This document shows positions 38,936 through 47,642 of a stretch of 64,000 nucleotides of DNA, in pieces. This stretch comes from Noviherbaspirillum sp. Lineage in GTDB: Bacteria > Pseudomonadota > Gammaproteobacteria > Burkholderiales > Burkholderiaceae_D. The translations under genes and the position numbers were made by a program. Under the pieces are notes generated by a model. That model worked only from the letters and a program-made list of their open reading frames with translations, made no database searches and had not been told where the DNA came from. The number at the start of each line of letters is the position of its first letter. The first letter of the stretch is position 1. The stretch lies in assembly GCF_035254865.1 (NCBI RefSeq), contig NZ_DATFAF010000026.1, positions 923 to 64,922 on the forward strand. The letters are read 5' to 3'.

Positions 38936-39848
38936 ATTGCGACCTAATCGCCGATCCGTGCCAACGCGATCTGCTGATATTCGCATGTCGGGCATGCTGC
39001 TCCAGCCACTCCAGTGCCTGCTTCCACAATGTCGGCTGAAACTCCCGACGGAAGAAACCGAAGTGGCCGATGCGCTTCGCCTGTATGGTTTGCGGCGCGA
39101 TATGCCAGCGCTCGACCGGCGCGTTGCTGTAAAAATCATGCAGGCTGTCGATGCTGCGCCGGCTCATCATTTCATCGTCGGTAAAACTGATGGAAAGAAG
39201 CGGGACGCGAATGTTCTTGAAGCCGGCCCGAATCGGCGCGCCCTTGCCGTCGACCACGTAGTGCGGGCTCTTGCACCACCGCGCCCACTGGAAAATCACG
39301 CCCTTCGGCAGATCGCCGACCTTCTTCAGCTTCTTGCCGGGAAAATAGCCGAACAAGCGCGTGTACACCGGCACCGCGAAATACCACATGATCCACACGA
39401 AGCGCTTCAACTGCGGCGTGTTTTCGCGCCAATAACCGCTGCCGGCGGCGACGGTGATAATGCCGTCGATCAGATGGTTATCCGGAAGCAGGCCGGGCAA
39501 CTGGCCGCCGAGCGAGTGGCCGATCACCAGCAGCGGCACATCGCGCTGCCATTTCCTGGCTGCGCACACCGCGGCGTTGTAGTCCTCGGCCCAGTCGAAC
39601 AGGTCGGCCTTGAAACCGCGCAGCGAGTGTCTGAACCGCGCAGGCACCGACGCGCCGGCGCCGCGATAATCGAAGGTCAGGACGGCGAAACCCTGCTGTG
39701 CGAGAAAACGCGCGAAGGGGAAATAGAATTCCTGCTTCACGCCCATCGCGGCCGGCAACACGATCACCGCTTTGGCCCTTCCTTGTGGCGCGAAGCGGTG
39801 AGCAGCAAGACTGAATCCATCCTTTGCGCTGAGGATGATCGGTTCCAT
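38934..39848 (-). CDS. alpha/beta hydrolase
   Basis: GHSLGG nucleophile elbow and FDYRGAG motif. ATG at 39848 has a GGAG RBS. The ORF-track start at 39860 is a TTG. Confidence 0.75.
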   Translation of the reverse strand: MEPIILSAKDGFSLAAHRFAPQGRAKAVIVLPAAMGVKQEFYFPFARFLAQQGFAVLTFDYRGAGASVPARFRHSLRGFKADLFDWAEDYNAAVCAARKWQRDVPLLVIGHSLGGQLPGLLPDNHLIDGIITVAAGSGYWRENTPQLKRFVWIMWYFAVPVYTRLFGYFPGKKLKKVGDLPKGVIFQWARWCKSPHYVVDGKGAPIRAGFKNIRVPLLSISFTDDEMMSRRSIDSLHDFYSNAPVERWHIAPQTIQAKRIGHFGFFRREFQPTLWKQALEWLEQHARHANISRSRWHGSAIRSQ

Positions 39849-39874
39849 GGTCGACTCCAAGTGTGATCTCGGGC

Positions 39875-40309
39875 TTACTTCAGGTTCATCGTGATCCTGG
39901 CCGTGAAGACGTGCCGCCCGTCCGTGTCATAGGCGTCGACCGGCACTTCAACATTGCCTACCTGCTCCCAGGCCACGCTTTCCCCGTCAGCGACGACCCG
40001 CACATCGGTCTTTGCCTTGGCGAGGTATTGCACCGTCATGCCGACCGGGATCCATTGGCGACCGTCGGGAATCGATACCGTGGTCATGGTGCCCGCTGCC
40101 AATTCGGCCGCATTGCAAAGTGCGATCGCATGCACGGTACCGAGGTGGTTGTGCACTGCGCGGCGATTGGCGAAAGTGACCTCCGCAAAGCCGGGACGCA
40201 GTTCGGTAAACGTCGGATCGATGGTGGCAAAGTACGGCGCAAATTCAGTGACCGCCTTGCTGAATGCCTGATTTCCCATCTTTTGGTACATGCCTAATGT
40301 TTGATTCAT
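39875..40309 (-). CDS. hotdog-fold thioesterase-like protein (DUF4442/YiiD C-terminal-like)
   Basis: 144 aa with NHLGTVHAIALCNAAELAAG, typical of this family. AGGAG RBS. Confidence 0.55.
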   Translation of the reverse strand: MNQTLGMYQKMGNQAFSKAVTEFAPYFATIDPTFTELRPGFAEVTFANRRAVHNHLGTVHAIALCNAAELAAGTMTTVSIPDGRQWIPVGMTVQYLAKAKTDVRVVADGESVAWEQVGNVEVPVDAYDTDGRHVFTARITMNLK

Positions 40310-40412
40310 GGTCGTCTCCTTTGCTTGATATGGCCAGGGGCCGGGCTTTTACGCGATATAGCTTTACCGCACCAGTTTTCCTGGGCTAAGGTGCTCTCTT
40401 GAAACAGCTCAA

Positions 40413-40442
40413 CTAGAACATTATTCTAGAATATAATTCTAG
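40413..40442. promoter_or_regulatory. candidate TetR operator: two overlapping 17-bp palindromes
   Basis: CTAGAA-N5-TTCTAG (40413-40429) and CTAGAA-N5-TTCTAG (40426-40442) share the central TTCTAGAA. They overlap a TATAAT (40432-40437) 9 nt upstream of the tetR ATG. Confidence 0.6.
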
Positions 40443-40446
40443 TCAA

Positions 40447-41046
40447 ATGACTCTAATCGCCATGACGACAGCAAAGAAAAGCAGAAAACAGGAAATCCTG
40501 GATGCAGCGTTGAGCTGCTTCACGGAACACGGCATCGAGGCGACCACGATCGAAATGATCCGCGAGCGCTCGCAAGCCAGCGTCGGCAGCATGTATCACC
40601 ACTTCGGCAGCAAGGAAAGTATTGCCGCCGCACTCTATGTCGACGCGCTGGCCAGTCACGCTGAATACCAGCAGCGCCTGATGGCATCGGCGAAAAACGT
40701 GGAAGGCGGCGTCAAAGCCATCGCCTATGCCTACATCGACTGGGTTTCAACCCATCCGGAGAAGGCGCGCTTTGTGCTGTACAACCGGGGCGTATTGGCC
40801 AAGAGCGAGATGGCAGCCGAACTGGAAGCGCGCACCCGCAGCCATATATCAAATGTGCTGCGCTGGTTCCAGCCGCATATCGAGAGCGGCGGGCTGAAAA
40901 AGCTGCCGATGGAATGTTATGGATCGATCATCATCGGCCCGGCGCACGACTATGCACGCCTGTGGCTATCGGGGCGCGCCAAGACGGACATCAAGGCTTA
41001 CCGCGAAATTTTCGCGGACGCGGCGTGGAATGCGCTGAAGCCCTAG
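40447..41046 (+). CDS. TetR/AcrR family transcriptional regulator
   Basis: N-terminal HTH ILDAALSCFTEHGIEATTIEMIRERSQASVGSMYHHFGSKE. Confidence 0.88.
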   Translation: MTLIAMTTAKKSRKQEILDAALSCFTEHGIEATTIEMIRERSQASVGSMYHHFGSKESIAAALYVDALASHAEYQQRLMASAKNVEGGVKAIAYAYIDWVSTHPEKARFVLYNRGVLAKSEMAAELEARTRSHISNVLRWFQPHIESGGLKKLPMECYGSIIIGPAHDYARLWLSGRAKTDIKAYREIFADAAWNALKP

Positions 41047-41385
41047 CAGTGTTGCGCCGACAGGATTTGTGCGACAGAAAAATGGCAGCATGACCGCACC
41101 ATCCGCATCCTGATCCTCGGAAGTTTTTCCGGCACGGCCGCGCTGGCCACGCAAGAAAAGATGAATTTAACAAATTGCTTCGGCAGCTTCTTTCACCCGA
41201 TCCTTTCGCAGAGTCAGTCAGCCTTTCCGTTTCGCACCAAGGAATTCAAGCCTTGTCCCTTTCGTTCACTGGCGCGACCAAGCCACAGCGTACGCGCAAC
41301 ACGATAATCTCCCGCTCGAAATGCCGACCATGGGACAAGTCGTTGACATTTTTGCGCTTCTCCATTGCGTAAAAATTGAAAGAGT

Positions 41386-42480
41386 TCAGCGCGGCTCGCT
41401 ATTTGCGCCAGAGTCAACCGGACTGGGTACGGGCGCTCCGGTTTTGGCAGTGTAGGCTTCACGTACCCGCATGAAAACGATCCGGATCGCCGCAATCACG
41501 GGCACTGATAAAAAAATTCCCGCTATGCCAGCGATCTGGTCGCCGGCCAGCAATCCGATGATTATCAGCAGCGGCGCAACTTCAACTCCTTCGCTCATCA
41601 GGTAGGGCGCGAGAACATAATCCTGCAAGCCGCGGTACGCCAAGATAAAGAAGAATACCCAAAGCAAATGTTCAAACCCGGCGAATCCGAGTACCACGAG
41701 AAGCACTCCGATTGCTGCCAAAGGTCCGACGAACGGAATAAATTCCAGAAGCGCCGCAGTCCCACCCAAGAGCAGAGCGTAAGGTGCCCCCATGAGGGAT
41801 AAGGCAGCACTGTAGCTAATGAAGGTTGCCAAAGACAGCAGCAAAAGGGCGCGCACAAAGCCAGCCAACAAGAGATCCAGGTCGCCCGCAATGCGTCCCC
41901 ACAGCTTGCTCTGCTGCCGCTCGAACAGCATCAGGAAATTTTGACGCATCGCCGGTCCCTCCTTGATCAGCATAAAGCTTAGAACCGGAATCAGAATCAG
42001 GTAGATCAGGTTGCTGGCGATATGCAGCACGCCAACTCCGAGGCGTTGGGCAAAGGGTACAGCCTGGCTCGCTCCGGCTTGTACCTGCTCCATCACAAAA
42101 GCAACCATCTTCTGGCGCTTCGGTTCGAGAAACCTCGGCAAGGGAATCCGTTCCGAGACCTTGGCGACGTCCAGAAGTTTGGGCAGGTCCTGACTCAGGC
42201 GCGCCGCTTCATCACCGATCCGACTCCCGAACATAGCGCCGGATACAACAGCCAGCGCAATCAAGAACAGGAACACTATGGCGACGATCGCGGCCCGAGG
42301 AATGAGGCGAGGCTTGTAGCGTTCCACGATTCGGACCAGTGGGTAAACCAGGTAGGCGAAAAAAATCGAGAGCACCACGACCAACAGGGTAACCCGAACC
42401 GTGTAGAGCAGGTACAACACCGCAACCAATAGAAATACGGTCCATGCAGCCTTCGCCGAACGGGTATCGATACCAAGCAT
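41386..42480 (-). CDS. AI-2E family transporter (PerM/UPF0118)
   Basis: About 8 TM helices in the family-typical layout. ATG at 42480 has a GGAGG RBS. The upstream TTG at 42501 is less likely. Confidence 0.7.
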   Translation of the reverse strand: MLGIDTRSAKAAWTVFLLVAVLYLLYTVRVTLLVVVLSIFFAYLVYPLVRIVERYKPRLIPRAAIVAIVFLFLIALAVVSGAMFGSRIGDEAARLSQDLPKLLDVAKVSERIPLPRFLEPKRQKMVAFVMEQVQAGASQAVPFAQRLGVGVLHIASNLIYLILIPVLSFMLIKEGPAMRQNFLMLFERQQSKLWGRIAGDLDLLLAGFVRALLLLSLATFISYSAALSLMGAPYALLLGGTAALLEFIPFVGPLAAIGVLLVVLGFAGFEHLLWVFFFILAYRGLQDYVLAPYLMSEGVEVAPLLIIIGLLAGDQIAGIAGIFLSVPVIAAIRIVFMRVREAYTAKTGAPVPSPVDSGANSEPR

Positions 42481-42825
42481 ACATCCTCCGATTATCGTCA
42501 AATCAGGGCAACCGCAATGAAGCTACTATCATGCCCTCTATTGTGATGATTTCCGGTTTGCCGGCAGTTTACGTGGAACGATATTTCCTCCGGTCCGGGT
42601 TGATTTTTCGCAATGTCGAAACATACATGCCCCGAGCTCAGAAGAGTTTGCTTCAACGGCAAGACCTCGGGCAGGCAGGAGGCCGAATTCACGGTCGCCA
42701 GCATCGAAACACGATACTTTTCCCTCCTCGCCAGCCAATGCACAGCGATCCTTCGAACAGAAACTGGCGCTTTGGAGCGACATCATTCTGTAGAATGGCG
42801 GAAACTCGCCGTTACCTTCTTCTCC

Positions 42826-43653
42826 ATGCTGATCAAACGCAAGTCCATCGAAGCGCAATCCAACCGCAAAGACGGTCCGCGCGCAAGTTCGACAACCAAG
42901 GCCGCGCCCAAGCCGCGCAAGCCCAAATTCGCCCCCATCACGCTGTCTGAAGAAAACGGCGTGGTCTATCTGCACTTCGGCAATGAATGGGTGCAGGGCG
43001 CAATGCGCGTTCGCAAACCCGACTGGATCGAGCTGGAATACGCGCAGCAAATGATGGCGTGGATGCTGTTCATCCGGGAACCGCAGCATATTGTCCAGCT
43101 CGGCCTCGGCACGGGTGCATTGACCAAGTTCTGCTACCGTCAGTTTCCGCAAGCGCAAGTCACTGCAGTCGAACTGAACCCGGCGGTGATCATCGCCTGC
43201 CATTCCATGTTCCGCCTGCCATCCGACGATGAACGTCTGTCGACAATCGAAATGGACGCGATGGATTTCGTGATGGATGAAGCCAATCACGGCAAGATCG
43301 ATGTCATTCAGGCCGACCTGTACGACGCCACGGTAAAGGGTCCGGTACTGGATACCGCGGAGTTTTACCAGGCGTGCGAAGCCTGCCTGACGCCGGAAGG
43401 CATCATGACCGTCAACCTGTTCGGCGACCATCCCAGCTATGGAAAAAACCTGAAGGCCATGCGCTTTGCCTTCGACGAGGTGATGTGCCTGCCTCCCGTG
43501 CATGAAGGCAATGTGGTCGCCATCGGCTTCAAGAAGGCGCCGAAACTTGACTTTCCGGCACTTTACGAACGGGCCGCCGAGATCACCGACGCCACACGAT
43601 TACCCACAAAATCCTGGGTAAATGGCCTTAAGGCCTGGCAATTGGTACGATAG
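42826..43653 (+). CDS. spermidine synthase-like SAM-dependent methyltransferase-fold protein
   Basis: IVQLGLGTGAL (GxGxG), VELNPAVI, DVIQADLYD. ATG at 42826 chosen; upstream ORF part rejected. Confidence 0.55.
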   Translation: MLIKRKSIEAQSNRKDGPRASSTTKAAPKPRKPKFAPITLSEENGVVYLHFGNEWVQGAMRVRKPDWIELEYAQQMMAWMLFIREPQHIVQLGLGTGALTKFCYRQFPQAQVTAVELNPAVIIACHSMFRLPSDDERLSTIEMDAMDFVMDEANHGKIDVIQADLYDATVKGPVLDTAEFYQACEACLTPEGIMTVNLFGDHPSYGKNLKAMRFAFDEVMCLPPVHEGNVVAIGFKKAPKLDFPALYERAAEITDATRLPTKSWVNGLKAWQLVR

Positions 43654-43678
43654 GAAAACATTTCCCGGGGTAACCGCC

Positions 43679-45490
43679 ATGAATGCCAGACTCGAGCAGC
43701 ACGAATCTCCTCCGCCCAAGGCATCGAAGGCACTCGACCTGCACCAGGTCTTCAGCTGGCTGCTCGCCGACGGTATCGTTGAAAAGCCGACCGCCAAGAC
43801 CGCCTACAACCAGGCGCAGGCACTGCTCAGGAACGCCTCGATCGCGATGCACCCCTTGAGCGCGGTGGCGCAATGCAAGCTGCAGTCGGCGCTGCCGCCG
43901 CACAAGCTGCTGACGCTGGACTGGCTGAGCGAATGGATGGCAGCCAAGGTCAAGCTGCCGTTCTATCGCATCGATCCGCTCAAGATCGACTTCACCAAGG
44001 TGGCGGATGTCATGTCGGCGACCTACGCCACGCGCTTCAACATCCTGCCGGTGGAACTGACGACGACGGAAGTCGTGATTGCGACCTGCGAGCCCTTTCT
44101 CGCCGAATGGGAAGCGGAAATCGCCAAGATCACGCGCCGCAACGTCAAGCTGGTCATCGCCAATCCGCTCGACATCGCGCAGTACACCGCCCAATTCTTC
44201 ACCCTCGCGAAATCGATCAAGGGCGCAAACAAGTCCAACACGCATGACCTCGCGCTGCGCAACAACTTCGAGCAACTGGTCGAACTCGGTAAGAGCGACA
44301 AGCAGCTCGACGCCAACGACCAGCACATCGTCAACATCGTCGACTGGTTGTGGCAGTACGCATTCGAACAGCGCGCGTCGGACATCCACCTCGAACCCAA
44401 GCGCGACCTCGGCGCGATCCGCTTTCGCATCGACGGCGTGCTGCACCAGGTGTACCAGGTCCCGGCCGCCGTCATGATCGCAATGACCGCGCGCATCAAG
44501 CTGCTCGGCCGCATGGACGTGATCGAAAAACGGCGCCCGCAGGACGGCCGCATCAAGACCCGCACATCCGGCGGACAGGAAATCGAACTGCGCCTGTCCA
44601 CCATGCCGACCGCCTTTGGCGAAAAACTGGTGATGCGTATTTTCGACCCGGAAGTCGTGGTGAAGACGCTGCCGGAACTCGGCTTCCCGCCTGACGACGC
44701 CAAGCGCTGGGACGGTCTCACCACGCGTCCGCACGGCATCATTCTCGTGACCGGACCGACCGGCTCCGGCAAGACCACCACCCTGTACACCACGCTCAAG
44801 GCGCTGGCGACATCCGAGGTCAATGTCTGCACGGTGGAAGACCCGATCGAAATGGTGGAAGGTTCCTTCAACCAGATGCAGGTTCAGCACGGCATCGACC
44901 TGTCCTTCGCCGACGGCGTGCGCGCGCTGATGCGGCAGGACCCGGACATCATCATGGTCGGCGAAATCCGCGACCTCGAAACCGCCGAAATGGCGATCCA
45001 GGCCGCGCTGACCGGCCACCTGGTGCTGTCCACCCTGCACACCAACGATGCACCCTCGGCCGTCATGCGCCTGCTGGAACTCGGCGTCCCGTATTACCTG
45101 CTCGAAGCAACCCTGATCGGCATCATGGCGCAGCGCCTGGTGCGCACGCTGTGCGCCGAATGCAAGAAGCCGGACGGCGAATTATCCGATGAGGTCTGGG
45201 ACGGTCTGACCGAAGGCTGGAAGCTGCCCAAGCCGGCCAGGATCCATCGCCCGGTCGGCTGCCCGGAATGCCGGCAAACCGGTTATCGCGGCCGTACCGG
45301 CCTGTATGAATTGCTGACAATCACGCAACCCTTTACCAAGCTGATCAAGCAGGAAACCGATATCCACGCGCTGACGCAGCAAAGCATCAAGGACGGCATG
45401 AAGCCCTTGCGCGTGGCGGGTGCGCTCAAGATCAGGGAAGGCGTCACGACGGCGGACGAAGTGCTGAAGGTGACGGCGGCCTTGACTTGA
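43679..45490 (+). CDS. GspE/PulE/PilB-family secretion ATPase (orphan)
   Basis: T2SSE_N-like region, Walker A GPTGSGKTTT, Asp/His boxes, tetracysteine CAECKKP...CPECRQTGYRGRTG. Confidence 0.88.
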   Translation: MNARLEQHESPPPKASKALDLHQVFSWLLADGIVEKPTAKTAYNQAQALLRNASIAMHPLSAVAQCKLQSALPPHKLLTLDWLSEWMAAKVKLPFYRIDPLKIDFTKVADVMSATYATRFNILPVELTTTEVVIATCEPFLAEWEAEIAKITRRNVKLVIANPLDIAQYTAQFFTLAKSIKGANKSNTHDLALRNNFEQLVELGKSDKQLDANDQHIVNIVDWLWQYAFEQRASDIHLEPKRDLGAIRFRIDGVLHQVYQVPAAVMIAMTARIKLLGRMDVIEKRRPQDGRIKTRTSGGQEIELRLSTMPTAFGEKLVMRIFDPEVVVKTLPELGFPPDDAKRWDGLTTRPHGIILVTGPTGSGKTTTLYTTLKALATSEVNVCTVEDPIEMVEGSFNQMQVQHGIDLSFADGVRALMRQDPDIIMVGEIRDLETAEMAIQAALTGHLVLSTLHTNDAPSAVMRLLELGVPYYLLEATLIGIMAQRLVRTLCAECKKPDGELSDEVWDGLTEGWKLPKPARIHRPVGCPECRQTGYRGRTGLYELLTITQPFTKLIKQETDIHALTQQSIKDGMKPLRVAGALKIREGVTTADEVLKVTAALT

Positions 45491-45521
45491 TGCATGAAGA
45501 GAACTTTTTCAGGACAGGGAG

Positions 45522-45550
45522 TAGACCGAACGACGCTCCATTGATATAAT
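45522..45550 (+). promoter_or_regulatory. candidate sigma70 promoter of tRNA-Lys
   Basis: TAGACC (45522-45527), 17 nt, TATAAT (45545-45550), 12 nt before the tRNA 5' end. Confidence 0.5.
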
Positions 45551-45562
45551 CTTGTCCTCGTT

Positions 45563-45638
45563 GGGTCGTTAGCTCAGCTGGTAGAGCAGCGGACTCTTAA
45601 TCCGTTGGTCGTAGGTTCGATCCCTACACGGCCTACCA
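45563..45638 (+). tRNA. tRNA-Lys (anticodon CUU)
   Basis: Cloverleaf readable by eye: acceptor GGGTCGT/ACGGCCT, D arm GCTC..GAGC, anticodon arm GCGGA-CTCTTAA-TCCGT, T arm GTAGG-TTCGATC-CCTAC, encoded CCA. Near-identical backbone to E. coli tRNA-Lys. Confidence 0.93.
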
Positions 45639-45640
45639 AC
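45590..45640 (+). repeat. direct repeat copy 1 (tRNA-Lys positions 28 to the 3' end plus 2 nt)
   Basis: Its 51 nt are identical to 46144-46194. Confidence 0.95.
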
Positions 45641-46143
45641 AAATTCAAGGGCTTACAGGAATTTTTCCTGTAAGCCCTTTTCGTTTCTGGTCCATTTCTG
45701 GTCCAGCTTTTCAAATCCAAAATCAATTATTTCCAAAACAGGAAATCCCCCATCTTCGCCCCTACTCTCCCAGAGATGGTGTTTTTCTTGGAGACTGCGC
45801 CCCCAGTCAAAAACGTTAATTCACCACAGGCCGGAAAATCACTGTTTCCAATGCAAAGTGATCGGTTAATATGCAATTCCGCAGCTGAATTGCTGACTCC
45901 ATCACGAAGGATTTTGATGAGCGAATCAAAGGTCTCAATTGAAGAAATTAGGAAGATGTTCAGTGAGCGCGTCAACTCCGCAATGGAAATAACTTTGCGC
46001 GAAAAAATAGTCACCCACTCAATTTATGGCCTGCTTAATTCAATGACGAATCATCCGCCTCTTCGATCCCTGACGAAAGCGCAACTCCCTTGAAAATGCA
46101 GGAAAAATCTTCTTAAGGATCTACAAATTTCTGCCCCGTTAAA
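45641..46143. mobile_element. 503-bp AT-rich segment bracketed by the tRNA-Lys 3'-half direct repeats (possible remnant of a tRNA-integrated element)
   Basis: Flanked by 51-bp identical direct repeats. Visibly more AT-rich than its surroundings. No integrase is present. Confidence 0.35.
45647..45684 (+). terminator. rho-independent terminator directly after tRNA-Lys
   Basis: AAGGGCTTACAGGA (45647-45660), loop, TCCTGTAAGCCCTT (45666-45679), then TTCGTTT. Confidence 0.75.
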
Positions 46144-46194
46144 CGGACTCTTAATCCGTTGGTCGTAGGTTCGATCCCTACACGGCCTACCAAC
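46144..46194 (+). repeat. direct repeat copy 2 (orphan 3' half of tRNA-Lys)
   Basis: Identical to 45590-45640. The sequence upstream of 46144 has no similarity to the tRNA 5' half. Confidence 0.95.
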
Positions 46195-46206
46195 GAATTC
46201 CATTGC

Positions 46207-46240
46207 AAAGCCCAGTCCATGTGACTGGGCTTTTTGCTTT
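46207..46240 (+). terminator. rho-independent terminator after the orphan tRNA 3' half
   Basis: AAAGCCCAGTC (46207-46217), loop, GACTGGGCTTT (46223-46233), T-run. Confidence 0.75.
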
Positions 46241-46370
46241 TCCGGCAAGGATCGCAGCGCCTCGCCCCCAAAATTGACCCAAGCCACCCTTTGTCAAAAT
46301 ACCCATTTTCAACATAAGAGGAATAGTTATACTCGGAACTACTTACCGGCTATCCATATTGGGAGGCGTA

Positions 46371-46571
46371 ATGTTTCTTTGCACACAGCTACTTTCCGGC
46401 TTCGTAGAGAGCACTGCCAAGTCTTCGGAATACCCATTGCCGGTAAAGATCATTTTCATTCCCTTTTATCTGCCCTTGTTCGCGCTGGCCATTCTTGTCG
46501 ATGTCTGTGTCCTGCCGTTCTCTCTGGTCTCACGCCTTTCATTAGGCAGCAAAGAGAAGGCGGGGAAATAA
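46371..46571 (+). CDS. hypothetical small membrane protein (66 aa)
   Basis: ATG at 46371 is preceded by GGGAGG. One long hydrophobic stretch (IIFIPFYLPLFALAILVDVCVLPF). Lies in AT-rich DNA. No recognisable family. Confidence 0.3.
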   Translation: MFLCTQLLSGFVESTAKSSEYPLPVKIIFIPFYLPLFALAILVDVCVLPFSLVSRLSLGSKEKAGK

Positions 46572-46901
46572 CCACGGCCTGACAGCATTCCACGCTGTTT
46601 CCGGCGACGCTTTCTCTTCAAGAAATCGCCCCACGTCTTGCCTGCGGATGAATTTGCAGGCTTCAGTCCGGTCTCAAGCAGCAGTCATCGGGGGAAACCG
46701 GCATGACGGGTTTCCAAATAATGAATCCCGTTGCCTCGAAAACCATTAATATGTTGGCGCCAAGCATGGCATTCCCTGTCGGGTATCGACGCGCCTCATT
46801 CGTGCCGGAGAGACACGCAGTTGCCTGCTGAATCAGCCTTTAGTGCTGGGTCCATCCGCCTGAGCCGCCCCCAAGAACGCTATTACATTGCCAATACCGT
46901 C

Positions 46902-47552
46902 ATGAAACAAGATCCCCGCTTTCCTAATCTCTATATCCTCGATCACCCGCTGATCCAGCACAAGCTCACCCACATGCGCGATCGCGAGACATCGACCCGC
47001 ACCTTCCGCGAGCTGCTGCGTGAAATCACGCTGCTGATGGGCTACGAAATCACGCGCAACCTGCCACTGACAACGATGCGCATCGAGACGCCCCTGCAGA
47101 CCATCGATGCCCCGGTCATCGCCGGAAAAAAACTGGTGGTGGTGCCTGTGCTGCGCGCCGGCATCGGCATGAGCGACGGCTTGCTGGAACTGGTGCCGTC
47201 GGCGCGCGTGGGCCATATCGGCGTCTACCGCGATCCGGAAACGCATCGCCCGGTGGAGTATCTGGTGCGTCTGCCCGATCTGGCGGATCGCAACTTCATC
47301 CTCTGCGATCCGATGCTGGCAACAGGCAATTCCGCCGTGCATGCTGTCGACGTGCTGAAGAAGCGCGGCGTGTCCGACCAGCAGATCGCCTTTCTTGCAC
47401 TGGTCGCGGCGCCGGAAGGCGTGCAGGTATTCCAGCAGGCGCATCCCGACGTGAAGGTGTATGTTGCCTCGCTCGATTCCCACCTGAACGATCATGCGTA
47501 CATCATCCCCGGACTGGGCGATGCGGGAGATCGCTTGTTCGGGACAAAGTAG
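46902..47552 (+). CDS. upp: uracil phosphoribosyltransferase
   Basis: Full-length Upp: [11 protein letters not shown]..., [33 protein letters not shown]. Confidence 0.93.
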   Translation: MKQDPRFPNLYILDHPLIQHKLTHMRDRETSTRTFRELLREITLLMGYEITRNLPLTTMRIETPLQTIDAPVIAGKKLVVVPVLRAGIGMSDGLLELVPSARVGHIGVYRDPETHRPVEYLVRLPDLADRNFILCDPMLATGNSAVHAVDVLKKRGVSDQQIAFLALVAAPEGVQVFQQAHPDVKVYVASLDSHLNDHAYIIPGLGDAGDRLFGTK

Positions 47553-47578
47553 TCGGAACCGGCACAGCGCAATGGCAC

Positions 47579-47609
47579 TTGACCTTCCCACGTTGGAAAG
47601 CTCTACGCT
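47579..47609 (+). promoter_or_regulatory. MerR/CueR-type promoter of copZ
   Basis: TTGACC (47579-47584), 19-nt spacer containing the dyad ACCTTCC-N6-GGAAAGC, then TACGCT (47604-47609). Confidence 0.7.
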
Positions 47610-47642
47610 ATCGATACCCCTTATTCATCAGGAGCAAACATC

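Noticed and set aside
45727-46093. ORFs of 95 aa (minus) and 105 aa (plus) inside the 503-bp insertion.
   Set aside because: They overlap each other and lack convincing RBS and any recognisable domain. At best, the 58-codon sub-frame at 45917-46093 could be real. I did not call them as features.
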